From: Terriglobia bacterium
GTDB lineage: Bacteria > Acidobacteriota > Terriglobia > JAJPHL01 > JAPKYU01
NCBI GenBank assembly: GCA_965223005.1
Contig: CBDCVK010000005.1
Span: forward strand, 96,001-160,000
Length of the DNA: 64,000 bases
Direction: 5' to 3'
Positions 28,321 through 37,925 of this stretch are shown piece after piece (position 1 is the stretch's first letter; the number at the start of each line of letters is the position of its first letter). The notes beneath the pieces are model-generated. The model did no database searches and was not told where the DNA came from. It saw nothing but the letters and a program-made list of their open reading frames with translations. Made by a program: the position numbers and the translations under genes.

Positions 28321-28720
28321 TGACTAGTAGCCTCGGACAAGGTTCGGTCGGGGCGGCACATTCCGCTCTTACGTGGGCCATTGTTCAACACGAAGCTGCT
28401 TTCTTCCTCATGAAGCTGCTTTCTTCCTCGGCCTCAGCCCGGTGAGGATTGAGAACATTCCTCCACCTTAGCCTCAGACTTGCCGCCCCCGGCTTCGAGG
28501 TACACGGCGTAATGTGGGAGCAGGCGCGAGCACTTGAGCGGGTGGGCGCCACCAGGGCGCATTTCTCGGCTAGTGGTGCTGTCGGCTAAACCACGCACAA
28601 AAAAACACTTGACACAAGAAATTATACTATCCTATTATTCCTCCAGTTTTGGGCGGAAAGTCTAGCTTACGAACAGAGGAGTTTTGGTCATGAGGAAGAG
28701 CCTGTCTTTTGGCTTGGTTT
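28297..28720 (+). repeat. Upstream block duplicated at 33787-34190
   Basis: Identical by eye apart from a 20-bp tandem duplication (gaagctgctttcttcctc twice, 28392-28429) found only in this copy. Confidence 0.9.
28609..28638 (+). promoter_or_regulatory. Sigma70 promoter of TonB receptor 1
   Basis: TTGACA-18 bp-TATTAT with an A-tract UP element; GAGGAG RBS downstream. Confidence 0.75.
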
Positions 28721-31700
28721 TTGTGTTGGCATTCGCGCTGAACTTGCAGGCACAGGGTGAGCGCGGAACGATTCGGGGAACAGTGCTGGATCCCACGGGA
28801 GCGGCTGTCCCCGGAGCCACAGTCACAGTCACCAACATTACCACGGGCGTCGCCTTATCAACGACGACCAGCGGCTCCGGCCTTTACAACGTTTCGAACC
28901 TGCGGCCGGAAACCTACATCGTGGCGGTGGAGCTGTCCGGCTTCAAGCGCGCGGTGCAAGACGGCGTCGAAGTCAATGTGGCTGCTGTGGTGGGCTTAGA
29001 CTTCACGCTGGAACTGGGCGCGGTGGCCGAAAGCGTGGAAGTGACGGCGGCGGCGCCACAACTGAGAACCGAAACCACCGAGATCGGGACCGTCATTCCT
29101 CAAGTCGTGTTGACAGATCTCCCTCTGGCGGTTGGAGGCGGCGGCCGGTCTCCGCTTCAATTCATTTTCCTGACGCCGGGCGCCTCTTCGGGCGGCACCT
29201 CTGCCCCTGACGGGAGTAGCAGTTCGCAGATTGGTAGTACCTTCTTCCAAAGAATGAATGGTGGCCAGGTCTTTTCGATGGAAATGAACTTGGACGGCCT
29301 GAGTATGCAAGCGGGGGTGTGGGTCAATACCGGCCGGGAATTGAGCTTCGCGCCGGAAGCGATTCAGGAAGCTTCCATGGCGGAAGGCACCAGCACGGCG
29401 GAGACCAGCTCCGGTGGTGGTATGGCACGTTTCACCACAAGGTCCGGAACCAATGAGTTTCACGGCAACCTGTATGAATTCTGGCGCAACGACTACTTCG
29501 ACGCGAGCGGTTTCTTCAATGCAACGCCCCCGAAGCGGCGCTGGAACGAGTATGGATTTAGTATAGGCGGCCCTATCCTTAAAGATAGGCTCTTCTTCTT
29601 TGTGAATCAGAACTGGTTCCGACGCAAGGATGCCGGAGGGAGCGATTTTCTTTCGGTGCCAACTGCCGCCGTCAAGGGTGGCGATCTTTCTGTGCTGCTG
29701 GGGGCTGAAATCGCGCCTGGCGTCCGGGAGAACCAGATCTACGATCCGTTAACCACCCGCACGGTGGGAACCGACATCGTACGCGACCCGTTTCCCGGCA
29801 ACATCATCCCATCGGACCGGATCAGTCCCATATCGCGGAGCATCAATGGCTTTCTCGCCAGTCCAACGAGTGCGGGCGAGTTCAACAATTTCCTGTCTGT
29901 GTCCGAGCCGAGGCAGCAATTCTATAAAAACACCTTTAGAATCGATTATCGGGTTACCCAAAGTCACAGCGTCTTCTTCATGAGCAATCTGTCTCCCCGG
30001 GATGCTATGGACATAAGTGCCATCCCCTTCCCGCACGGCCAGAACCGAACGGGGGGTTCCCACAATAGGAACATTCGGACCGCCTGGGACTATGTGCTCT
30101 CGCCGACGGTGACCAATCATTTGGCGGGCGGTTTCAATCAGAACCCTGAGACGTACTTCATCGTGGGCCATGGAGACGGGTGGTCTGAGACTCTGGGCTT
30201 CGGCAGGCGCGGCGAGCAGGGGCAGGCGCCCTTCACCGGCCTCCATGACGGCGCGTTTCCCGACATCACCTTTGGGGCTGGAAGCTATAGCCGAATTAGC
30301 GGCTCCGGGGGCTCGATCGATACGAACACGCAGTTTTTTCAAAACATCTGGGTTTTTTCGGACACTCTGACGGTGCTTCGCGGCAAGCACAACATCAAGA
30401 TCGGTATGGACTTCCGCTCCATCCACGTGGACCAGTTTTCGGCTCCCAGCAACGGACGTTTTACTTTTGAGCGGACCCAGAGTGGACAACCTGGGCTGGC
30501 CGCAACGGGCCATTCTTGGGGGAGCTTCTTGTTGGGTGATGTCAACACGGCTGGGCTGCTGGACCCGGCATTTAATCCCGGCGGACTATCGAAGTCTCGG
30601 GTCAATATGTTGGGATTATATTTCCAGGATGACATCAAGATCACCCCGACCTTCACTCTGAACCTGGGTCTGCGGTGGGATGCCTTCACCCCCATGCGCG
30701 ATGTGAATGATAACTGGTCGGTGCTGGATCTCAACCTGCCCAATCCTGGCGCCGGGGGACGACCTGGTGCGCTGGCGTTTGCCGGTCAAGGCCCGGGACG
30801 CATTGGAAAGAGCCGTGTGCCGGGCGCGGATAAGGTGGATATGACCAACTTTGCTCCGCGCATCGGGATCGCCTGGAGGTTTGCGCCGAGCACGGTACTT
30901 CGGGCCGGATACGGGGTCCACTACTTTGGGACGATGATCCACATGGCCGGCAACCTGCGGCGCTCGGGGTTAGGCTTTGAGGCCCTTCCCAGTTTCATAT
31001 CGCCCGATGCCGGCCTCTCGCCTGCTTACAACTGGAGCGATCCCGCGAATCTGGGATTTCCAAACTATGCCCGGCCTCCGCTTATTGATCCGGCCTTCGC
31101 CAATGGCAGCCGCGCCTGGGAGTTTCACGATACCGACAAAATACCTTATAGGCAGGAATGGAGCTTCAATGTTCAGCATCAGTTGCCCGGCAACTGGCTC
31201 GTCGACGTCGCCTATGTGGGCAACAAGGGAACGCGGCTGACGAGCGGTGTGTTTAATCAAAACCAGCTCAATCCGAGCTTCCTCGGGCTGGGGAGCGACC
31301 TCGGCCTGAGCTTTCAAAACGACGCTGCGGCTATCGGGGCTCTCGGCTTTTCGCCTCCGTACGCAGGATTCGAGGGCACCCTGGGCCAGTCCTTGCGGCC
31401 TTTCCCGCAGTACTCCCTGGTCGGGACCGTTGGGGACATCGGCGGGGACTCGATTGACGCGGTTGGCATCGGAAACTCAACTTTCCACTCATTCCAAGCA
31501 AAGGTCGAGAGACGCCTCACGGGGGGCCTATACCTGCTGAGTTCGTTCCGCTGGTCCAAGATGATAACCGACTCGGATTCCAATTGGGGCGCCTTCTGGT
31601 CGCCACGGTCTCGCGACTTCTATAACCGGCAACTGGAAAAGGCGCTTGCGCCTTCCGACATCGCGGCGCGATGGGTCACGGCGTTCATGTATGAATTGCC

Positions 31701-32238
31701 GTTCGGTCCTGGAAAGCTGCTAGGCGGCGGGACGACCGGCGCTACGGCCAAGGTGCTAGGCGGCTGGCAGCTCACCGGGGCCCTGACCTACCAGACGGGA
31801 AATCCGATCCAGGTGATTGCCCCCAATCTCGTGGGCCTGTTTACTCGCCGCCAACTTCCCAACGTGGTTTCGGGAATAGATCAGCACGGGATCTCCAGCG
31901 GTTTCGACCCCGGCATCGGTCTCGCGGAGGCATCACGCGACAAATTCCTCAACGCATCTGCTTTTGAGAACCCCGAACCCTTTACCTTCGGAAACGGGCC
32001 CTCTGTCACGGGAGTCAGGACTTTCCCGTTCTACCAGGAGAACATCGGGCTGATCAAGCGGACCAGTGTCACGGAACGCGTGAATGTCGAATGGCGGATT
32101 GAGTTCTTCAACGTCCTCAACCGGGTTCGGTTCGGCAATCCTTCCATTGATATTGGCAATGCTACTACCTTTGGCACGATTGGCGGCCCGGGGAATTCTC
32201 CTCGTCAGGGACAGATGGCATTGAAAATCAACTTCTAG
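28690..32238 (+). CDS. TonB-dependent receptor (Oar-like, carboxypeptidase-regulatory N-domain), copy 1
   Basis: Signal peptide; GTVLDPTGAAVPGA, TRSGTNEFHG, YFQDDIK...LNLGLRWD, NFAPRIGIAW; C-terminal QMALKINF. Confidence 0.95.
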   Translation: MRKSLSFGLVFVLAFALNLQAQGERGTIRGTVLDPTGAAVPGATVTVTNITTGVALSTTTSGSGLYNVSNLRPETYIVAVELSGFKRAVQDGVEVNVAAVVGLDFTLELGAVAESVEVTAAAPQLRTETTEIGTVIPQVVLTDLPLAVGGGGRSPLQFIFLTPGASSGGTSAPDGSSSSQIGSTFFQRMNGGQVFSMEMNLDGLSMQAGVWVNTGRELSFAPEAIQEASMAEGTSTAETSSGGGMARFTTRSGTNEFHGNLYEFWRNDYFDASGFFNATPPKRRWNEYGFSIGGPILKDRLFFFVNQNWFRRKDAGGSDFLSVPTAAVKGGDLSVLLGAEIAPGVRENQIYDPLTTRTVGTDIVRDPFPGNIIPSDRISPISRSINGFLASPTSAGEFNNFLSVSEPRQQFYKNTFRIDYRVTQSHSVFFMSNLSPRDAMDISAIPFPHGQNRTGGSHNRNIRTAWDYVLSPTVTNHLAGGFNQNPETYFIVGHGDGWSETLGFGRRGEQGQAPFTGLHDGAFPDITFGAGSYSRISGSGGSIDTNTQFFQNIWVFSDTLTVLRGKHNIKIGMDFRSIHVDQFSAPSNGRFTFERTQSGQPGLAATGHSWGSFLLGDVNTAGLLDPAFNPGGLSKSRVNMLGLYFQDDIKITPTFTLNLGLRWDAFTPMRDVNDNWSVLDLNLPNPGAGGRPGALAFAGQGPGRIGKSRVPGADKVDMTNFAPRIGIAWRFAPSTVLRAGYGVHYFGTMIHMAGNLRRSGLGFEALPSFISPDAGLSPAYNWSDPANLGFPNYARPPLIDPAFANGSRAWEFHDTDKIPYRQEWSFNVQHQLPGNWLVDVAYVGNKGTRLTSGVFNQNQLNPSFLGLGSDLGLSFQNDAAAIGALGFSPPYAGFEGTLGQSLRPFPQYSLVGTVGDIGGDSIDAVGIGNSTFHSFQAKVERRLTGGLYLLSSFRWSKMITDSDSNWGAFWSPRSRDFYNRQLEKALAPSDIAARWVTAFMYELPFGPGKLLGGGTTGATAKVLGGWQLTGALTYQTGNPIQVIAPNLVGLFTRRQLPNVVSGIDQHGISSGFDPGIGLAEASRDKFLNASAFENPEPFTFGNGPSVTGVRTFPFYQENIGLIKRTSVTERVNVEWRIEFFNVLNRVRFGNPSIDIGNATTFGTIGGPGNSPRQGQMALKINF

Positions 32239-32253
32239 CTTCTACTTACACGC

Positions 32254-32324
32254 ATCCGCCTCCAGACGCTCACACGTCTGGAGGCGGATTTTTTTTGCTT
32301 TGTCCGCCCGGGACAAAGCAAAAA
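32254..32324 (+). terminator. Rho-independent terminator followed by a second hairpin
   Basis: ATCCGCCTCCAGACG-loop-CGTCTGGAGGCGGAT plus T-run; then TTTTGCTTTGTCC...GGACAAAGCAAAA. Confidence 0.9.
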
Positions 32325-32507
32325 TGAAGGTGCCGGTGAGGCACACAGGCCCCGCGGCGTTGCTGCCTGACCAGTGTATCTTGCCCTTCCGGCCAGCTCC
32401 GCGGTAGCGGCGGGCGAAAGAACGACACTGTTGAACTTCAGTATTCCCCTGCCAGTGAAGGGGGCGTATGATGCGATGAACGACGCACCCGAACGGCGAG
32501 GTTTCTT

Positions 32508-33626
32508 ATGGGAATCCGAAACGTGGCTTTGGCCCGAAACTTGGGTTTAGCATTGATAGTTTCTGTTTCTCTGCTGTGGGCGCAACAGGCGGACCTAGGA
32601 GGGGAAAAGGAAGGCCGCCCGCGTGGCCCAGGCAGCCCGGAGGGACGGGCGCCGGGCCCCTCGATCCCCGGCCAAGACCCGTCCGACCGCGTTCCATTCA
32701 TCAGGGGCCAAGGCCCCTCCGGGAGAATCTTAGGCGCGCCGTCTACTCACCTGCGCGTGGAACTCTACCGGGACATGATGCTCGCGGATACCACCATTAG
32801 CAACCTGGACGGTACGTTCAAGTTTCAACAGCCGGAGTCTGGCAACCGTTTTGAAATCCGCGTGGACCTCGGTAACGGCCAGGAATACGTGGAACAGGTG
32901 GATTTCTACCACGGCGCGCCGATCACGATCATCATCCGGCCAGAGAGAATCCGGAGAACCCAATTTGCTGGCGATAACACCGCGGGCGGCGGCGCCATCA
33001 TCAGTGTGGCCAGCCTGAATGTGCCCAAGAAGGCCGCCAAGGAATTTAGGAAAGCCCGCAAGGCCGCGCGAAAGAAGAAGTACGAGGAGGCCCTCGGGCG
33101 GCTGCAGAAAGCTACCGAGATGTATCCCCAGTATGCGGCAGCCTTTAACGAAATGGGAGTGATCTACCTGCGGCAAAATCAGCAGCCGGAGGCGCGCCAC
33201 GCCTTTGAGCAGGCGATCGCCGCCGACGCCGAATGGGTGCTTGCTTACCTGAGCTTGGCTTCTCTGCAAATGTCCGACAATCAACCGCAACAGTTGCTGG
33301 AAACCTCCAACAAAATCCTCCAGCTCCGGCCCACCCTGGGCCCGGGACATTTCTTCCACTCCTACGCCAACCTGTCGCTGGGCCGTCTGGAGGAAGCCGA
33401 AAAGAGCGCTCTACAAGCGGATCAACATGACCACCGTCAGGTGCCTCAGATCCACTTGTTGCTAGCCCAAATCTACTGGCAGAAGGGCAAGCTGGAGGAA
33501 GCGGAAAAGCAACTGCGCGCGTTTTTGCAAGAGAGCCCCAAGGGGCCCAACGCCGACAAAGTCCGGGCCGGAATCGCGGAGTTACAGCAGCAGGCGAAAG
33601 CGCAGCTCGAACAGCCAGAGCAATAA
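32508..33626 (+). CDS. Secreted TPR protein with an N-terminal beta-sandwich
   Basis: Signal peptide; ISVASLNVPKKAAKEF linker; TPR helices (YPQYAAAFNEMG, HLLLAQIY). Confidence 0.85.
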   Translation: MGIRNVALARNLGLALIVSVSLLWAQQADLGGEKEGRPRGPGSPEGRAPGPSIPGQDPSDRVPFIRGQGPSGRILGAPSTHLRVELYRDMMLADTTISNLDGTFKFQQPESGNRFEIRVDLGNGQEYVEQVDFYHGAPITIIIRPERIRRTQFAGDNTAGGGAIISVASLNVPKKAAKEFRKARKAARKKKYEEALGRLQKATEMYPQYAAAFNEMGVIYLRQNQQPEARHAFEQAIAADAEWVLAYLSLASLQMSDNQPQQLLETSNKILQLRPTLGPGHFFHSYANLSLGRLEEAEKSALQADQHDHRQVPQIHLLLAQIYWQKGKLEEAEKQLRAFLQESPKGPNADKVRAGIAELQQQAKAQLEQPEQ

Positions 33627-33687
33627 CCCGCCGGGGCCAACCGCCACCTATGTATGCGCTGTTGCCAGCGGTAAAGGGAGGCCAACG

Positions 33688-33755
33688 CTGGCTCATCGAC
33701 GTCGGCTATCTGGGCAACAAGGGAACGCGGCTGACGAGCGGGGTGTTTAATCAAA
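33688..33755 (+). repeat. Orphan 68-bp internal TonB-receptor fragment
   Basis: 64/68 identical to 31194-31261 and also similar to 36673-36740; ends 2 bp before site copy 3. Confidence 0.9.
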
Positions 33756-33757
33756 CC

Positions 33758-33810
33758 AAACTACAAAACGAACTCCTTCCTCGATCGCACGTAACTATTT
33801 GATTTTAATA
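33758..33810 (+). repeat. Bipartite repeated site, copy 3
   Basis: AAACTACAAAACGAACTC-cttcctcgatc-GCACGTAACTATTTGATTTTAATA. Confidence 0.9.
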
Positions 33811-34078
33811 TGACTAGTAGCCTCGGACAAGGTTCGGTCGGGGCGGCACATTCCGCTCTTACGTGGGCCATTGTTCAACACGAAGCTGCTTTCTTCCTCG
33901 GCCTCAGCCCGGTGAGGATTGAGAACATTCCTCCACCTTAGCCTCAGACTTGCCGCCCCCGGCTTCGAGGTACACGGCGTAATGTGGGAGCAGGCGCGAG
34001 CACTTGAGCGGGTGGGCGCCACCAGGGCGCATTTCTCGGCTAGTGGTGCTGTCGGCTAAACCACGCACAAAAAAACAC

Positions 34079-34108
34079 TTGACACAAGAAATTATACTAT
34101 CCTATTAT
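34079..34108 (+). promoter_or_regulatory. Sigma70 promoter of TonB receptor 2 (identical to copy 1)
   Basis: TTGACA-18 bp-TATTAT. Confidence 0.75.
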
Positions 34109-34159
34109 TCCTCCAGTTTTGGGCGGAAAGTCTAGCTTACGAACAGAGGAGTTTTGGTC

Positions 34160-37100
34160 ATGAGGAAGAGCCTGTCTTTTGGCTTGGTTTTTGTGTTGGC
34201 ATTTGCGCTGAACTTGCAGGCACAAGTGGGTGAGCGCGGAGTGATTCGGGGAACAGTGCTCGATCCCACGGGAGCGGCTGTCCCCGGAGCCACAGTCACA
34301 GTCACCAACATTACCACGGGCGTCTCCTTATCAACGACGACCAGCGGCTCCGGCCTGTACAACGTTGCTAACCTGCGGCCGGAGACCTACGTCGTGGCGG
34401 TGGAGCTGTCCGGCTTCAAGCGCTCAGTGCAAGACGGTGTCGTAGTGAACGTCTCGCAGGTGGTCGGTTTAGACTTCACGCTGGAACTGGGCGCGGTGGC
34501 CGAAAGCGTGGAGGTGACGGCGGCGGCGCCGCAACTGAGAACCGAGACCGCCGAGGTCGGGAGCGTCCTCCCTCAAGTCGTGATGACCGATCTCCCTATG
34601 GTGGTTTCTGGCCGCGGCCGCGAGCCGCTTCAATTCATTTTCCTGACGCCGGGCGCCTCTTCGGGCGGCACCTCTTCCCCTGACGGGAGTAGCAGTTCGC
34701 AGGTTGGCAGTACCTTCTTCCAAAGAATGAATGGTGGCCAGGTCTTTACGATGGAATTGCACCTGGACGGCCTGAGTATGCAAGCGGGGGTGTGGACCAA
34801 TACCGGCCGGGAATTGACCTTCGCACCCGAAGCGATTCAGGAAGCTTCGATGGCGCAAAGCACCGCCTCGGCGGAGACCTCCTCCGGTGGTGGTGTCGCA
34901 CGTTTCACCACAAAGTCCGGAACCAATGAGTGGCACGGGAACCTGTATGAATTCTGGCGGAACGACTACTTCGACGCGAGAGGTTTCTTCGCCACATCGG
35001 TCCCGAAGCGGCGCTGGAACGAGTTTGGAGGGAGTATAGGCGGCCCAGTTTTTAAGGATCGGACCTTCGTCTTTGTGAACCAGACCTACTTCAGACGGAG
35101 CGATGCCGGAGGGAGCGACTTTCTTTCGGTGCCGACTGCCGCCGCCAAGAGCGGCGATCTTTCTGGGATCCTGGGGGCTCCGATCGCAGGGACTCCCTAT
35201 CAGGCGAACCAAGTCTTCGACCCGGCAACCACCCGCGATGACGGGCAAGGCGGGCTCCTACGCGACCCGTTTGTCGGCAACATCATCCCATCGGACCGGA
35301 TCAGTCCCATATCGAAGAACATCAACGGCTTTCTCGCCAGTCCGACAAGTGCGGGCGAGTTCAACAATTTTCTGTCTACCTCCGCGCCGAGGAGCAAACT
35401 CTATAAGCTGACCATAAGAATGGATCATCGGATTAAAGACCGTCACAGCATCTACGGCATGTACAATTATGCTCCCGCGCCCAGGTTAGATGTCGGTGCC
35501 ATCCCCTTCCCGCACGGCCAGAACGCAAGGGGGACTTTCCACAATTTGGCCATTCGGGGCGCTTACGACTTCGTGATCTCGCCGACGGTGACCAATCATT
35601 TGTCGGGCGGCTTCAATCAGAACCCTGAGGGGTTCTTCATGCTAGGCGATGGAGACGGATGGGCGGACACACTGGGCTTCGGCATGCGGGGCCCGCAGGG
35701 GCAGGCTCCCTTCACCGGCCTCCATGACGGCGCCTTTCCCGACATCAACTTTGAGGCTGGAAGCTATGCTCGAATCAGCGGCTCCGGGGGCTCGATTGAT
35801 ACGAACACGAATTTCTATCAAAACGTCTACGTTTTTTCGGACACTCTGACGGTCCTTCGCGGCAAGCACAACATGAAGATCGGTATGGACTTCCGTACAA
35901 TCCACGTGGACCAGTTTTCGGCTCCCAGCAACGGGCGCTTTAATTTTAGGCGGACCCAGACTGGACTGCCTGGCGTGTCCGGAACGGGCCTTGATTGGGC
36001 GAGCTACTTGTTAGGCGATGTAGACTCGGCTGGGCTTCTGGACCCGGCATTTCAACCCGACGGACTATCGAGGTCTCGGGTCAATATGTTGGGAATCTAT
36101 TTCCAGGATGACATCAAGCTCAGCCCGACCCTCACGCTGAACATGGGTCTGCGGTGGGATATGTTCACTCCCATGCGCGATGTGAATGACAACTGGTCGG
36201 TGCTGGATCTCAACCTGCCCAACCCCGACGCCGGGGGACGGCCTGGTGCGCTGATCTTTGCTGGTCAAGGCGCGGGACGCACCGGAGCGAGCCGTTTGCT
36301 CGGCGCGGATAAGGTGGATATGACCAACTTTGCTCCGCGCATCGGTCTGGCCTGGAGGTTTGCGCCGTCGACGGTGCTTCGGGTCGGATACGGCGTCCAC
36401 TACTATGGGACGATGATCCACATGGCCGGAAACCTGCGGCGATCGGCGATCGGCTTTGAGGCCCTTCCCAGTTTAATATCGCCCGATAACGGCATCTCGC
36501 CTTCCTACAACTGGAGTGATCCCGCGACTCTGGGATTTCCAACCTATCGGAGGCCTCCGCTTATTGAGCCGGGCTTTGCCAATGGCGGCCGCGCCTGGGA
36601 GTTCCACGATACCGACAAGATACCTTACAGGCAGGAATGGAGCTTCAATATTCAGCACCAAATGCCCGGCAATTGGCTCATTGACGTCGCCTATGTGGCC
36701 AACAAGGGAACGCGGCTGACGAGCGGTATCTTTAATCAAAACCAGCTCAATCCGAGCTTCCTCTCGCTGGGGCCCGCAGGCCTGCTCACAAGAGACATTA
36801 ACGACCCTGCGGTTGCGGCGGCTGGCTTCTCGCCTCCCTACGCAGGATTCGAGGGCACCCTGGCCCAGTCCTTGCGGCCCTACCCGCAATACAACCTGGT
36901 CGGGACCGTTGGGGACATCGGCGGGGACTCGATTGACGCGGTTGGCATTGGAAACTCAACTTTCCACTCATTCCAAGCGAAGCTCGAGAGACGGCTCACG
37001 GGGGGCCTATACCTGCTGAGTTCGTTCCGCTGGTCCAAGATGTTGACCGACTCGGATTCCAATTGGGGCGCTTTCTGGTCGCCACGGGCGCGCGACTTTT

Positions 37101-37714
37101 ATAACCGGCAACTGGAAAAGGCGCTTGCGCCTTCCGACATCGCGGCGCGATGGGTCACGGGGTTCATGTATGAACTGCCGTTTGGTCCTGGAAAGCTGCT
37201 AGGCGGCGGTACCACCGGCGCTGCGGCCAAGGTGCTCGGCGGCTGGAAGCTCACCGGGGCCCTGACCTACCAGACAGGAAATCCGATCCAGGTGATTGCC
37301 CCCAACACCGTGGGCTTGTTTACTCGCCGCCAGCTTCCCAACGTAGTTTCGGGAGTGTCTCAGGGAGGGGCCAGCGGCGATTTCGACCCCGGCGTCGGTC
37401 TCGCGACGGCATCACGCGATAAGTTCCTCAACCCATCTGCTTTTGAGATTCCAGCCGACTTTACCTTCGGAAACGGGCCCTCTGTCACGGGTGTCAGGAC
37501 TTTCCCGTTTTACTCGGAGAACTTCGGGCTGATCAAGCGAACGGGCATCACGGAAAGGGTCAATATCGAATGGCGGCTTGAGTTCTTCAACGCTTTCAAC
37601 CGGGTTCGGTTCGGCAATCCTTCCATTGATGTGAGCCAACTTACCTTTGGCACGATTAGCGGCGCAGGGAATTCACCTCGCTCGGGACAGATGGCATTGA
37701 AGCTCAACTTCTAG
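34160..37714 (+). CDS. TonB-dependent receptor (Oar-like), copy 2
   Basis: Collinear paralog of 28690-32238; C-terminal QMALKLNF. Confidence 0.95.
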   Translation: MRKSLSFGLVFVLAFALNLQAQVGERGVIRGTVLDPTGAAVPGATVTVTNITTGVSLSTTTSGSGLYNVANLRPETYVVAVELSGFKRSVQDGVVVNVSQVVGLDFTLELGAVAESVEVTAAAPQLRTETAEVGSVLPQVVMTDLPMVVSGRGREPLQFIFLTPGASSGGTSSPDGSSSSQVGSTFFQRMNGGQVFTMELHLDGLSMQAGVWTNTGRELTFAPEAIQEASMAQSTASAETSSGGGVARFTTKSGTNEWHGNLYEFWRNDYFDARGFFATSVPKRRWNEFGGSIGGPVFKDRTFVFVNQTYFRRSDAGGSDFLSVPTAAAKSGDLSGILGAPIAGTPYQANQVFDPATTRDDGQGGLLRDPFVGNIIPSDRISPISKNINGFLASPTSAGEFNNFLSTSAPRSKLYKLTIRMDHRIKDRHSIYGMYNYAPAPRLDVGAIPFPHGQNARGTFHNLAIRGAYDFVISPTVTNHLSGGFNQNPEGFFMLGDGDGWADTLGFGMRGPQGQAPFTGLHDGAFPDINFEAGSYARISGSGGSIDTNTNFYQNVYVFSDTLTVLRGKHNMKIGMDFRTIHVDQFSAPSNGRFNFRRTQTGLPGVSGTGLDWASYLLGDVDSAGLLDPAFQPDGLSRSRVNMLGIYFQDDIKLSPTLTLNMGLRWDMFTPMRDVNDNWSVLDLNLPNPDAGGRPGALIFAGQGAGRTGASRLLGADKVDMTNFAPRIGLAWRFAPSTVLRVGYGVHYYGTMIHMAGNLRRSAIGFEALPSLISPDNGISPSYNWSDPATLGFPTYRRPPLIEPGFANGGRAWEFHDTDKIPYRQEWSFNIQHQMPGNWLIDVAYVANKGTRLTSGIFNQNQLNPSFLSLGPAGLLTRDINDPAVAAAGFSPPYAGFEGTLAQSLRPYPQYNLVGTVGDIGGDSIDAVGIGNSTFHSFQAKLERRLTGGLYLLSSFRWSKMLTDSDSNWGAFWSPRARDFYNRQLEKALAPSDIAARWVTGFMYELPFGPGKLLGGGTTGAAAKVLGGWKLTGALTYQTGNPIQVIAPNTVGLFTRRQLPNVVSGVSQGGASGDFDPGVGLATASRDKFLNPSAFEIPADFTFGNGPSVTGVRTFPFYSENFGLIKRTGITERVNIEWRLEFFNAFNRVRFGNPSIDVSQLTFGTISGAGNSPRSGQMALKLNF

Positions 37715-37731
37715 CTTCTACTTTCACGCAT

Positions 37732-37796
37732 CCGCCTCCAGACGGTCACAGGTCTGGAGGCGGTTTTTTTTGCTTTGTCCAGCCGGACAAAGCAAG
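37732..37796 (+). terminator. Rho-independent terminator plus second hairpin (paralogous to 32254)
   Basis: CCGCCTCCAGAC...GTCTGGAGGCGG plus T-run; TTGCTTTGTCC...GGACAAAGCAA. Confidence 0.88.
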
Positions 37797-37925
37797 AATG
37801 AACGCAGCGGTGAGGGACTTCCGCCCGCCATCCCCCGCCTTTTGGGTTGCCTACAGGCAACGTTATCCTTCCGGGAGAAACAGTCCGAACCTCCGGTTTG
37901 TGGCATGTTGTGGTGAAATAGATTC

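Noticed and set aside
33688-33755. DGR template repeat for the TonB receptors
   Set aside because: Mismatches are not confined to adenines and no reverse transcriptase is present in the window.
33795-34022. 75-aa minus-strand ORF in the duplicated leader
   Set aside because: No RBS or recognisable motif, and it is frameshifted by the 20-bp duplication in the other copy.
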